A stretch of 64,000 bases of DNA from Methanobacteriota archaeon (GCA_963787255.1 CAWBCJ010000001.1:80122-144121), one strand, 5' to 3'; shown: positions 51,994 through 62,396, counted from the first letter of the stretch. Made by a program: numbers and translations. The notes: generated from the letters alone by a model not told the origin.

Positions 51994-52206
51994 CTAATCT
52001 TTACAAAATTTTTGAGGCTTGAAACCTGCTTTTTTCATCGTTTTGCACATTTCTTTCATTCTTTCATTATCCGGCATCTTTTGCATCATTTCAGACTTAT
52101 CCATGTGTTTCGTTATATTATGACACATTTGCATCATTTGGGACTTGTCCATGTTTTTCATCATTTCTTGAAGCATTTCTTTCCTCTTTGAATCCATATT
52201 TTTCAC
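51994..52206 (-). CDS. Methionine-rich repeat microprotein
   Basis: 16 Met in 70 aa; repeats KNMDSK / KNMDKSQMMQM / KHMDKSEMMQKM; three Cys. Confidence 0.7.
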   Translation of the reverse strand: MKNMDSKRKEMLQEMMKNMDKSQMMQMCHNITKHMDKSEMMQKMPDNERMKEMCKTMKKAGFKPQKFCKD

Positions 52207-52274
52207 CTTTTTAAAGTTTATAAATTAAAACAAGGGGATTTGACTCCAAGTAACCCTATACATAATCTAATGTG

Positions 52275-52766
52275 TTATTTGGGGCAGCAATTATCGTCGG
52301 GTTCTTCTGGAATTTCACACCCGCAACGTGGTTCATTTGTCTTAGCATCAACTAACTGTGTAGCTGCAAGAAGTCCGGCTTTAATTATTAATTCCGCAGG
52401 GATTGTTTCATATACTTCTCCCGCTACTTCAATTGTTCTACAGTCGTCATTACAGACTTCACAGCACTCACTCTGTCCAACTTCTCCCTTAATCCAATAT
52501 TCTAGTGGCTGATCATTAAGTAAAATTTGATTAGATTTTAATGGGTCTTTTTTGAACTCCTCTTCCGAAAGTGCATTCTTTTCTAGAATGACTTTTATTC
52601 CCAGTGGCGTGAGGGATTGTTTGAGGGTTAAAATCGCCTTTCCAAGTTCTTCCTCTGTTGATCCGCATCTTGGACATGTTTCTTCATTAGATATAAGCCG
52701 TTGCCACTTAATTTTCAGTGTCTTCATCTCATTACTTTCCATTTTATTTTCCTCCATTTCTACCAT
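52275..52766 (-). CDS. DUF2703-like Cys-rich protein
   Basis: IKWQRL...TCPRCGST...SNQI.LN..PLE.W...CCEVC..DCRT...YETIP; C-terminal CGC...CCP. Confidence 0.8.
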   Translation of the reverse strand: MVEMEENKMESNEMKTLKIKWQRLISNEETCPRCGSTEEELGKAILTLKQSLTPLGIKVILEKNALSEEEFKKDPLKSNQILLNDQPLEYWIKGEVGQSECCEVCNDDCRTIEVAGEVYETIPAELIIKAGLLAATQLVDAKTNEPRCGCEIPEEPDDNCCPK

Positions 52767-52915
52767 TTTTTTTGTAATTTCGACCTTTTTAAAAACTTAC
52801 TTTTAAATTATATCATACTTATAATTTATATGGTATTAATAAGATTAGATTTTCTAAAACATGCCCATCAGCATTGCATCCCTATCATCACATTTTTGTT
52901 ATTTAAAATAATAGA

Positions 52916-53571
52916 TTAGCCGCAGCAGCCTCCTCCACCACCTAATCTAAAACCTAATCTACCTAAAAATGCAGTGTATCCTTTATCCATAAGTTCTAAC
53001 TGACTTATAAGTGCATAAATCTCTACTTTTCCAGAGGAAAGTAATTCTATTAATTTTGTAGAAGTAGCATCTTTTAATAGACTAGCCATGTCTTTTGCAT
53101 CCATACCAAGCATTAAATCAGCTACAGGGCGTTCCAATTCTTCTGGAGATTTTTATGCTCACCTTTAAGTCATTATCTTCTTTTTCTAGAAGAATTATTT
53201 GTTCTTCATTTTCTGTCATGGCCATTGCGATAGTAGCACCATTAACTAAGCCAGTAAATAGAGATGAATTTTCTTTAGCCCAGTTTTCCCATAATTCAAT
53301 GTTAAAGTTTTTTCTTTGTTTTTCCTTTAGTTTGGCGTTCATTTTGTCAAATTTATTTTTAACGTGCTCATATCCTTTTTCATTGAATGGACATGCTTCT
53401 ATACAGTATGTACATCCTTGACTACAGCCAATACAAAGATTTTTTATAAATTCGACTTCGTTCCCACCACAGCAAGTTTCTTTTTCTATTAATTCCCAAC
53501 GGTTTACCACAATGCTGACACACATCAGCAGAATTGATATTATACCTATCGCAATTGGGACATTTAACCAA
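52916..53571 (-). CDS. Reconstructed ~218-aa zinc-ribbon + Cys-cluster protein ending GGGGGCCG; two +1 homopolymer frameshifts (near 53496 and 53152)
   Basis: GAGAGG RBS + TTG gives MVKCPNCD...CQHCGKPL, then [11 protein letters not shown]...[16 protein letters not shown], then [11 protein letters not shown]...GGGGGCCG. Joins three partial ORFs in the track. Confidence 0.65.
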
Positions 53572-53619
53572 TTCAAACCTCTCCCTTAAAAATCTATTAA
53601 TTAATATTACCTTTTTTTC

Positions 53620-54030
53620 CTTTAAAAAAATAAGTAGATGATTAATTGTCATAATATCATCATAAAATCTATCTAAATCACGAATACTCAAGTAACCATC
53701 ACCATTCGCATCATATTTGTTAAACAAATAAGTTAACATATAAGAATCACTGCATCTATACCCGCAGAAACAGCCCAATCAGCGTATTCTTCTTGACCAT
53801 CAGGGTCACTAGAATCATCATCAAATAAATGTCCAAAGAGCTCTGTTTTTACTATGGGCGTAAAATAACTTGTTTATCTTTCTATTGGGTGATTATTAAG
53901 TATATTTACTAATAATTGGAGTCCTTCTTTTGCTTCATAATCAATAATGCCTTTTTTAGCTAAATAAGTTCTATTAGGATAAAAATAAATATTTAATAAA
54001 AACAACCCCGCAAGAGCATTTTTTACCATA
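53620..54030 (-). pseudogene. Decayed ORF containing an EF-hand-like loop
   Basis: LFNKYDANGDGYLSIRDL fits the EF-hand loop pattern; upstream fragments (GIIDYEAKEGLQL, FDDDSSDPDG) are broken by stops and shifts. Confidence 0.45.
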
Positions 54031-54230
54031 TCTAACGTTGTTGATCTCCTATTTTCAATTTACTGTGTTTTAAATCAGTATAAGCGTTCCACCAACCTAA
54101 ATTATTGTTAGTGCCCCATCCTTCAAAGGGTTTCATTTGTATTTCTCTTGAAATTTAAAACCTCAATTATATCTTCAGAATAAAATAATATATTTAAAGA
54201 AATAGATAATATAAATGGAGGATATAAAAT

Positions 54231-54659
54231 ATGGATTTTAAAGATTGTATAAAATTTGCAAATGAAACACCTGTTTGCTATTTGGCAACAGTAGATGGAG
54301 ATCAGCCCAGGGTAAGGGCGCTTGGATTCTGGTTTGCAGACGAAGATGGATTTTATTTCCAGATAGGGTCTGTTAAAGAGATGTATAAACAGCTTCAGGC
54401 TAATCCTAAAGTTGAAGCATGTTTCTGGCAACCGGATGAAACAACAGGAACAATGATGAGGGTTGCAGGGGAGATAGAATTTTTGGATGATCCTAAACTT
54501 AAAGAGAAGGTTTTAAATGATAGGCCGTTTCTTAAGGAGTTTGGAATGACTGTGGATTATCCGGGGCTTGTGATTTTCCGTATTGCTAAAGGTGAAGCGT
54601 ATTTTTGGACGATGGCAACTAATTTTGAACCTAAAAAATTTATAAAATTTGGGGATTAA
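54231..54659 (+). CDS. Pyridoxamine 5'-phosphate oxidase-like FMN-binding protein
   Basis: YLATVDGDQPRVR, YFQ...K.MYKQL.ANPKVE; GGAGG RBS. Confidence 0.9.
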   Translation: MDFKDCIKFANETPVCYLATVDGDQPRVRALGFWFADEDGFYFQIGSVKEMYKQLQANPKVEACFWQPDETTGTMMRVAGEIEFLDDPKLKEKVLNDRPFLKEFGMTVDYPGLVIFRIAKGEAYFWTMATNFEPKKFIKFGD

Positions 54660-54870
54660 TTAGTTTAATTAAATTTTCTTTTTTTTGTTGTTTGAAAGTT
54701 ATTTAATTTATGATCTTCTTGTTTTAATTAAGTTAAATTTAAAAAAGGGGATAAATGAGTGCTATTTTATAATTAGAAAATTTTATTATGTTTTTTGGGA
54801 AAATATGAAACAATAATATACACTTAAATATAAAATGGTTTATATTATTTAATTCCTAAAAGGGTTTTAT

Positions 54871-56265
54871 CCTAAAGGTCAGAGAAGACATCATGCGATG
54901 GCGTGGGGATGAATCTGACCGCAAACAGGTTCATTTAAATATTACATAGCATAAATCAATGATTATGCTAAGAGGATACAAGTATCGCATTTATCCAAAT
55001 AACGAACAAGAAATAATGTTCAACAAACATTTTGGAGCATGTAGATATATATTCAACTGGGGATTGGAACTAAAAATCCGTACTTACAAAGATGAAGGTA
55101 AATCTATCAGTCGTTTTGCTCTTAACAAAGAAATAACTGAGCTTAAATTATCAGAACAATGGTTACGGGAAGTGAACAGCCAATCGTTGCAGGGAGCTAC
55201 ACTTAACCTTGACAATGCTTTTATCAAGTTTTTCAGGGAGAAGAAAGGTTTTCCTAAGTTTAAATCAAAGAAAAATAGGTTACAATCCTTCAATGTTCCG
55301 CAATGGTACAAGGTGGATTTTGAAAATAACAGGGTTCGATTACCTAAGATTGGATGGGTTAAAACCAAACTCCATAGACAGTTTGAAGGTAAACAGCAGA
55401 CAGCAACAATATCCATGACCCGTACTGGAAAATATTATATCAGTATCCTTGTCGATGATGGAAAACCTGTTCCAGATAAACAACCGTTCAATGAAACTAA
55501 CACATTAGGGATTGAATTTGGAATTAGTTACTTTATAACAAGTTCTAATGGCTTGAAAGTAGCTAATCCAAGACATTTTAAGAATAATCTTAAAAAACTG
55601 AAAAGAGAACAGCGTAAACTTTCCAGAAAACAAAAAAGTTCTAATAATCATGAAAAACAACGTTTACGTGTTTCACATATCTATGAAAAGATAAGGAATG
55701 TTCGTGAGGATTTCCAGCATAAGTGGAGTATTAAACTGATTCGTGAGAACCAAGCGATCTGTTTGGAAACATTAAATATTAATGGAATGCTTAAAAACAG
55801 GCGTTTAGCTCAACATATAAGTGATGTTGGTTGGTATTCGTTCGTAGAAAAACTGAAATACAAAGCTGAATGGTATGGTAAAATAATACTCAAATCGGGC
55901 AATTTGAACCATCCAGTAAAATTTGTAGTAACTGTGGATACCACAACGCGGATTTAAAGCTAAAACATCGCATGTGGATATGTCCCGACTGTGAAAGTAT
56001 TCATGATCGGGATGTAAACGCTGCAATTAATATTAAAGATTTTGCTTTGAACCAGCAGAATTTAATCGGTACTCCGGGAACCGGAGGAATTAAAGCTTCT
56101 GAAAATCAAAGCCAATAAAAACGTAGTTTTTGTGGCGTTAAAATAGAAGATTTTGACAGATTTTCGGGGCCCCAAGCACGAAGTGTTTGAGGGCTTCTCT
56201 GACAAAACCACATTAGTGGATTGGATGAAGGAAGAAGCCCCTTCCATAAGGGAGGGGTAGTTCAC
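54871..56265 (+). mobile_element. IS200/IS605-family element, tnpB only (IS1341-like)
   Basis: Left-end hairpin GGTCAGA...CATGC-GATG-GCGTGG...TCTGACC (54877-54920) after TTTAT; right-end hairpin CCCCTTCC-ATAA-GGGAGGGG then TAGTTCAC; no tnpA inside. The exact left boundary is inferred. Confidence 0.85.
54959..56118 (+). CDS. tnpB: RNA-guided endonuclease TnpB with a -1 frameshift near 55893 and RuvC-I GIEFG
   Basis: YKYRIYPN, FGACRYIFN, GFPKFK, ICLETL. A second frame gives IGQFEPSSKICSNCG...WICPDC..HDRDVNAAINI, stop at 56116-56118. Confidence 0.92.
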
Positions 56266-56285
56266 TATAATAGATTGTGCTTTAT
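56060..56285 (+). ncRNA. Predicted TnpB omega/reRNA scaffold plus guide from the right flank
   Basis: The IS200/IS605 right end is known to encode the TnpB RNA. Several hairpins are visible and the guide would start TATAATAGATTGTGCT after TTCAC. Boundaries inferred. Confidence 0.6.
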
Positions 56286-56415
56286 TTGTACGTATAAATA
56301 TTTTAAATAAGAATTATTCATATACATGAATATATTGTATTTGGACTTAATTGTATTTAGACAAGATTTTCTATATTTTATTATTATAATGCATGTTAAG
56401 GTGGAAGAAGATAAT

Positions 56416-57597
56416 ATGAAGGATTATGACGTTGCAATAGTTGGTGCTGGCCCTGTAGGTTCCACATTTGCGAGATATGCTGCAGAAAAAGGTCTTAAAG
56501 TAGCTATGTTCGAAAAAAAGAAAGAAGTGGGCGTTCCATTACAATGTGCAGGGCTTCTAGGTAAAAAAATAAAAGATGTGAACATTTTACCTGATGAATT
56601 CATTATTAACGAAGTTAATGGAGCATATTTACATTCACCATCTGAAATCATGCTCACAGTTAACAAAGAAGAACCAGTGGCGTATGTTTTAGATAGAGTA
56701 GCTTATGATAAATTTTTAGCAAAATTAGCAGTAGAAAAAGGAGCAGAACTCTTTTTAAATCATAAAGTAGAAGACATAGACATAGAAAAGGGTGAAATAT
56801 ACCTTAAAGACAAAAAAATAACTGCAAAAGTAATTGTAGGTACTGATGGTTATTCATCGGTGGTATCTCAAAAATTAAATAGTGAATTTACTTCAGTGCA
56901 GGCAGCGCAGTATTTAGTCGATACTGGAACTGATTCATTTAGAGAAGACTATGTTCATCTTTATGTTGATTCAAAGATCTCACCGGGTTTTATATGGATT
57001 ATTCCACTTTCAAAATCAACAGCAAGAGTAGGTTTATTTGCAGATGCTGAATATAGCGATTTAAACAATATTTTAAAGGATTTTGTGGCTACTAATGAAT
57101 ATTTAAAGGGTTCTAAGGTGCTTAAAAAATATCCTGGCGTGATTCCAGTAAATAACACCAAAAATAGTATTGTAAAAGATAGGGCAATTCTTATAGGGGA
57201 TGCTGCGTCTCAGATTAAACCTACTACTGGTGGGGGGCTTATAATAGGTTTTGTTTGTGCTAAAATAGCTGCAGATGTGGTTTATGATGCCATTAAATCT
57301 GATGATATCAATATTTTGAATAATTATCAGGATGAATATAGGAAGTTGTATAGAAATGAGCTTAAGATGCAGCTTAAGGTTCAAAAGACGTTTAAGTCTC
57401 TTAATAATGATGATCTTGATTCTATGTTTTTAAAGCTTAAGGAAAAAGGGGCTGAAGAGATGATTTCGAAATATGGGGATATTGATTCTCAATCTCCGTT
57501 AGTTAAGGAAATGATTAAAACTGGAATGTTCTTTTCAATTTTACCTAAGATTTTGTCACGTAGAATATCTAATTTATGGCGATCAGATTCTAAATAA
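56416..57597 (+). CDS. Geranylgeranyl reductase family FAD-dependent oxidoreductase
   Basis: [43 protein letters not shown]. Confidence 0.9.
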   Translation: MKDYDVAIVGAGPVGSTFARYAAEKGLKVAMFEKKKEVGVPLQCAGLLGKKIKDVNILPDEFIINEVNGAYLHSPSEIMLTVNKEEPVAYVLDRVAYDKFLAKLAVEKGAELFLNHKVEDIDIEKGEIYLKDKKITAKVIVGTDGYSSVVSQKLNSEFTSVQAAQYLVDTGTDSFREDYVHLYVDSKISPGFIWIIPLSKSTARVGLFADAEYSDLNNILKDFVATNEYLKGSKVLKKYPGVIPVNNTKNSIVKDRAILIGDAASQIKPTTGGGLIIGFVCAKIAADVVYDAIKSDDINILNNYQDEYRKLYRNELKMQLKVQKTFKSLNNDDLDSMFLKLKEKGAEEMISKYGDIDSQSPLVKEMIKTGMFFSILPKILSRRISNLWRSDSK

Positions 57598-57632
57598 TAA
57601 TTCTTTTTTAAATTTAGGGGAAGTCAAAATTT

Positions 57633-58667
57633 ATGGAAATAATCTTTATTTTATCAGGAGAGCATGAAACTTTACCAAAAGCAGAGGTTTGTGCATGTTT
57701 AGAGGCTGAAGAAGTTGATTTTAAAATAAAATTTCACGAAAAAGGTGTTTTAATTCTTGAAATTAATGAGAGAGACTATAAAATAATTGATGTAATTGGA
57801 AGAAAGCTTGCATACGTTCATGAAATTTGCCGGTTTCTATTTAAAACCAACACTGAGAATCTGAAGGAAAATATTGAAGGTTATCCTTGGGAAGAATTAA
57901 TAAAAGTGGATTATGCTGTAAGGGTTAAAAAAATAGATTCTGAAAGTGTTAATTCGATTGAGATGGAACGTGAAATTGGAAAGTTAATTAAAGGTAGGTT
58001 GGGAGAAAATGCAAGGGTAAACCTTGAAAATCCTGCAACTTTTATAAGAACCATTGTTTCAGATAAGGAGATACTAGTTAGTGAAAGGATTTTTAAGATT
58101 CCTAAAAAGCATTTTTATGAGCTTAAGCCGCATAAAAGGCCGTTTTTTTATCCTGGGTCTATGAGTCCTAAGCTTGCAAGGGGAATGTGTAATTTGTCAA
58201 GAGTTAAAGCGGGAAGTGTGGTTTTAGATCCTTTCTGTGGAACAGGCGGTAATTTAATTGAAGCAGGGATAATTGGGGCAAAGGTAATTGGAATTGACAT
58301 TGATGAAAAAATGGTTGATGGAACAAGGAGAAATCTTGAATTTTGCCACATTAAAGATTACGTGGTGTTTCAAGGTGATGCTCGGAATTTTGAGTTGTCG
58401 TTTAAGGTTGATGCTATTGTGACTGATCCTCCTTATGGTATTTCTGCTTCTACTGCTGGTGTTGAAAGTAGGAGGATTTATGAGGATACTCTTTTTTCTA
58501 TGCAGGAGATTATTAAAGAGGATGGTTTTATTTGTATGGCAACGCCTCATTATCTAGATATTGGTGAACTTATTAGTCATACAAAATTTAAAATAATAGA
58601 ACAGTACATGATAAGAATGCATAAGAGTTTGACTAGAGTTATCTCTGTATTACAACTTAATAAATAA
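57633..58667 (+). CDS. trm11: tRNA (guanine-10-N2) methyltransferase Trm11/Trm-G10 (THUMP + MTase)
   Basis: LSGEHETLP.AE, RPFF.PGSM.PKLAR, LDPFCGTGG, TDPPYG, MHKSLTR. Confidence 0.9.
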   Translation: MEIIFILSGEHETLPKAEVCACLEAEEVDFKIKFHEKGVLILEINERDYKIIDVIGRKLAYVHEICRFLFKTNTENLKENIEGYPWEELIKVDYAVRVKKIDSESVNSIEMEREIGKLIKGRLGENARVNLENPATFIRTIVSDKEILVSERIFKIPKKHFYELKPHKRPFFYPGSMSPKLARGMCNLSRVKAGSVVLDPFCGTGGNLIEAGIIGAKVIGIDIDEKMVDGTRRNLEFCHIKDYVVFQGDARNFELSFKVDAIVTDPPYGISASTAGVESRRIYEDTLFSMQEIIKEDGFICMATPHYLDIGELISHTKFKIIEQYMIRMHKSLTRVISVLQLNK

Positions 58668-58695
58668 TAATTAATTTATATGTGAGGAATTTCCT

Positions 58696-60189
58696 TTGAA
58701 AGCCCGAATATTTGATACAACACTTAGAGATGGTGAACAAACACCCGGAGTTTCATTATCTCCAGATGAAAAGCTTAGAATAGCCATAAAACTTGATGAA
58801 TTAGGCGTAGACGTCATTGAAGCCGGCTCCGCAATTACTTCAATCGGTGAAAGAGAAGGAATAAAAAAAATCACATCAGAAGGACTAAAAGCCGAAATAT
58901 GCAGCTTTGCCAGAGCCGTTAAAGGCGATGTTGATGCCGTGCTTGAATGTGATGTAGATAGCGTTCACTTAGTGGTTCCCACTTCAGACCTACACATAGA
59001 ACACAAATTAAGAAAAACAAGAGAAGAAGTGAAGACACTTGCACTTGATAGTGTCCAATATGCTGTAGATCATGGATTACTTGTAGAACTTTCAGCAGAA
59101 GATTCAACAAGAAGCGACATGGACTTCCTAACACAATTATTTAAAGAAGGAATAGAAACAGGTGCCAAAAGAATATGCGCATGCGATACCGTGGGAATGT
59201 TAACACCCGAAAAAGCTTACGACTTCTACGGGCATCTTTCAAAACTTGGAGTGCCTTTAAGCGCTCACTGCCACAACGATTTCGGTTTAGCAGTTGCAAA
59301 TTCCCTTGCAGGATTAAGAGCAGGGGCAAGCCAAGTTCACTGTACAATTAACGGCATAGGTGAAAGAGCAGGGAACGCCTCATTAGAAGAAATTGTAGTT
59401 TCTCTTTACTCACTATACAATGTAAAGACAAATATTAAGATTGAAATGCTTTATGAAATGTCTAAAATGGTTGCAAGGATGACTGGAGTTTACTTACAAC
59501 CTAATAAAGCCATAGTTGGTGAAAATGCTTTTGCACATGAATCAGGAATACATGCAGATGGAGTACTAAAAAAGGCAGAAACTTATGAGCCTATAACTCC
59601 AGAACTTGTAGGTCACAGGCGTAAATTTGTAATGGGTAAACATATAGGTTCCAGTGCACTTAAACAAAGACTTGAAGAAATGGATTTACCTGTCACCCCT
59701 GAAAAATTCAACCAAATATTTAACCGGGTAAAGTCATTAGGTGATATGGGTAAATGTGTTACAGATGTTGATTTACAGGCAATTGCAGAAGATGTTATGG
59801 GAATAGTTGCTGAAAAAGTGGTTGAACTTGAAGAACTAACTATTGTATCTGGAAATAAGGTCACTCCAACTGCTTCTATACGGCTTAATATTAATAATAC
59901 TGAAACCCTTGAAGCTGGTATTGGTATAGGTCCAGTGGACGCTGCAATAGTAGCTATTAAAAAAAGTATCAAAGATTTTGCCGATATAGAGCTTGAAGAA
60001 TATCACGTAGATGCTATTACTGGAGGTACGGATGCATTGATTGATGTTATAGTTAAGCTCAGTCATGAGGGTAATATTGTTACTGCAAGAAGTACACAGC
60101 CAGATATTATAAATGCAAGTGTAGAAGCTTATTTAAGTGGTATAAACAAGATATTAAGTGATAAGGGAATAAATAAACCTGTTAAGTAA
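58696..60189 (+). CDS. cimA: (R)-citramalate synthase (IPMS family)
   Basis: [29 protein letters not shown], LeuA-type regulatory domain. cimA is preferred over leuA from recalled Methanothermobacter synteny with the GGR and trm11 genes. Confidence 0.8.
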   Translation: MKARIFDTTLRDGEQTPGVSLSPDEKLRIAIKLDELGVDVIEAGSAITSIGEREGIKKITSEGLKAEICSFARAVKGDVDAVLECDVDSVHLVVPTSDLHIEHKLRKTREEVKTLALDSVQYAVDHGLLVELSAEDSTRSDMDFLTQLFKEGIETGAKRICACDTVGMLTPEKAYDFYGHLSKLGVPLSAHCHNDFGLAVANSLAGLRAGASQVHCTINGIGERAGNASLEEIVVSLYSLYNVKTNIKIEMLYEMSKMVARMTGVYLQPNKAIVGENAFAHESGIHADGVLKKAETYEPITPELVGHRRKFVMGKHIGSSALKQRLEEMDLPVTPEKFNQIFNRVKSLGDMGKCVTDVDLQAIAEDVMGIVAEKVVELEELTIVSGNKVTPTASIRLNINNTETLEAGIGIGPVDAAIVAIKKSIKDFADIELEEYHVDAITGGTDALIDVIVKLSHEGNIVTARSTQPDIINASVEAYLSGINKILSDKGINKPVK

Positions 60190-60269
60190 AGGATTTTTAC
60201 CATTAACTTTTTTTATTTTAAGTTTATTTTTATAAAAATTAAATAATAACTTTGGATATAATAGTTATT

Positions 60270-60676
60270 ATGAATGAAACGGATAATTCAGATTCCTCTA
60301 AAATTGAAAAATTATACATGGAAATTATAGCTGATTTTGAAGATGTTTATAGCGGTCTTTTTGTTAAGGGAGTGACAGACCCTGAAGTCATCAAAAAAGG
60401 AGATTTAAAAGAAATTGGAAAGTCCTTACAAAGAATGTCTGAATTTTTTGATAATAGACTTCAGGATTTAGAATACGAACCTCAAAAAGAAGAATTAGAT
60501 AAAACTTTATCGAGGTTAAAAAGAACAAATAAAGCTATTTTTCAAATGGGAAAGGAAATTGAAATGATGAAAACGTAGCTGAACCAATGGATTATCACTG
60601 GTATTTAATTGGGGCGCTCGTCATGAACTTAATAAGCTTATTTAACCACATTGAAATTCATATGGAATATCATTAG
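60270..60676 (+). CDS. Hypothetical helical protein, frameshifted near 60563
   Basis: ORF runs to 60578; adding one A continues it as ENDENVAEPMDYHWYLIGALVMNLISLFNHIEIHMEYH*. Confidence 0.55.
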
Positions 60677-60986
60677 CTAGAATACTCCATATTAAACATT
60701 AAATCTTTAAAAAAAGAATTATTTAACGATCATATCTCCCTATATCTTAAAATATTTAGCACCAGCCATATACCTAAAATCATAGCGATTAAAAAATCGG
60801 TTATTTTTAAATGTAATTATTTAAGGGGTACTTTTTTTTGGGAATTAATAAAATTAAATAAACGTGTTGATTTTCTATAACAAGATGTCAAGATTTTAGA
60901 GTAATTTTTTAACTTCATTTTGTATAAAAATATAATAGAAGTATAATTTGATCTTTTTTTAGGAAAGTGTGAAGTTTTTTTTTGTT

Positions 60987-61421
60987 TTATTGTTCTTTAT
61001 ACACGCTAAACCAGAATTTTTCTATGGATTCTACTAAATTCTGATATTCTTCAAAGGTTTTGGGTTTAGGTAACAATAAATTGGGGCAGTTTTTTATTTC
61101 AAGTTTTTCTTCTTCTTCTAAAGAACTTAAAATAACCGTTGGAATGCATTTTATGGCTTCTGCCTTGGCAATTTTTTCTAAAATTCCCAATCGGACCTCT
61201 TGACGGTAATTTTGGATATCAGATATTATTATATCTGGTTTTTCCAAATCTCGATACTCATCCGTAGGAAAAATCATTTCCAAGGCACTTTCTGCCCCTC
61301 CTGCAAAACGAATATTGTTAGGCAGCTTAGAATCTTTAAAAGCTTCAATTAACTGCTTCAAATTCTCTGGATTCTTTTCAATGATAAGAATTTCAACCGG
61401 CTTTGCATTATTCATTTCCAT
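60987..61421 (-). CDS. Single-domain response regulator receiver (Rcp1-like, atypical)
   Basis: PVEILIIEKN, PDIIISD, IPTVILSS, PKP, IEKFWF; the acidic pocket reads EK instead of ED. Confidence 0.8.
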   Translation of the reverse strand: MEMNNAKPVEILIIEKNPENLKQLIEAFKDSKLPNNIRFAGGAESALEMIFPTDEYRDLEKPDIIISDIQNYRQEVRLGILEKIAKAEAIKCIPTVILSSLEEEEKLEIKNCPNLLLPKPKTFEEYQNLVESIEKFWFSVYKEQ

Positions 61422-61658
61422 TTATTTCACATCCCATTTATTGTAAAATATTTTTTCATTTGTTAAGTGAAAAAAAATTATATCTATTACTATAAATTTA
61501 TTACTTCTAAATATTATAATTTTAATAGTGTAAAAATGAAATGTAATGCATCTTAATTATGGATATATATTGCATAATTATATGCAGTAGTGCTTTATCT
61601 TGTATTTATTCATAACTTACGTTCTGAATATAGTTAAAAATATATGGAGGATTTATAT

Positions 61659-61865
61659 ATGGATAACAAACCGGTTCCTTCCGGGCGTTTATATGTATCT
61701 ATAGCAATTCCTTTTATCTGGCTTCTGTTTTTAGCGTTATGGCTATTTTATTATGCTGCAAACTACAGTATAATCCAAAATATAGCAGTGTTCCTTGCAT
61801 CAATTGTAATAGTAGCAATCCTAGAGGTTATAATCTGGGTGCCTTGGAGCATGAAACAAAACTAA
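61659..61865 (+). CDS. Small two-TM membrane protein
   Basis: GGAGG RBS; YVSIAIPFIWLLFLALWLF...YSIIQNIAVFLAS...IWVPW. Confidence 0.75.
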   Translation: MDNKPVPSGRLYVSIAIPFIWLLFLALWLFYYAANYSIIQNIAVFLASIVIVAILEVIIWVPWSMKQN

Positions 61866-61905
61866 ATATATTCAGGAAGTGTTGTTATTGGAACGGAATA
61901 TAGGA

Positions 61906-62274
61906 ATGGAACGAAATGGAGAATATGTAGGCGCTATAATTGTTAATATAATTCTTTTGTATATTTTTAACAATTTACTAAATTGGCATGTTTATTTTGT
62001 CACCAGCGCGTTTAATGAAGTTTTATGGATTATAAATCTTTCAATAGCAGTGGCTATTATTGGAAACTTCTTAATGTTATTATATCGGCCGGAATGGTTC
62101 CGACATGTTACGAAAATAGTTTTAAATATCGTTGCTTTTGCGGCCGTATATTTGGTCTATACTGTATTCCCTTTAATTTCACTAAGTCATTTAATTGGGG
62201 CGCTCGTCACTGACTGCTTAATAAAGCTACAAGTAGAAATTTACCTCATTGAAAACCATATGGAATATCATTAA
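61906..62274 (+). CDS. Membrane protein paralog of 17902-18315 with an aberrant (mosaic) 3' end
   Basis: Matches the paralog up to VFP. The remainder resembles both the paralog (in a shifted frame) and the tail of the 60270 gene. Confidence 0.65.
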   Translation: MERNGEYVGAIIVNIILLYIFNNLLNWHVYFVTSAFNEVLWIINLSIAVAIIGNFLMLLYRPEWFRHVTKIVLNIVAFAAVYLVYTVFPLISLSHLIGALVTDCLIKLQVEIYLIENHMEYH

Positions 62275-62396
62275 CGAGAAATCTACTGTAAAAAATGCTA
62301 ATTTTCACCAAGAAGTATACGAATTATAATTTAAAACATTAGTCTAAATAATTTTATTACCTAAATTATTTAACTAAAGAATTATTATTAATATCC

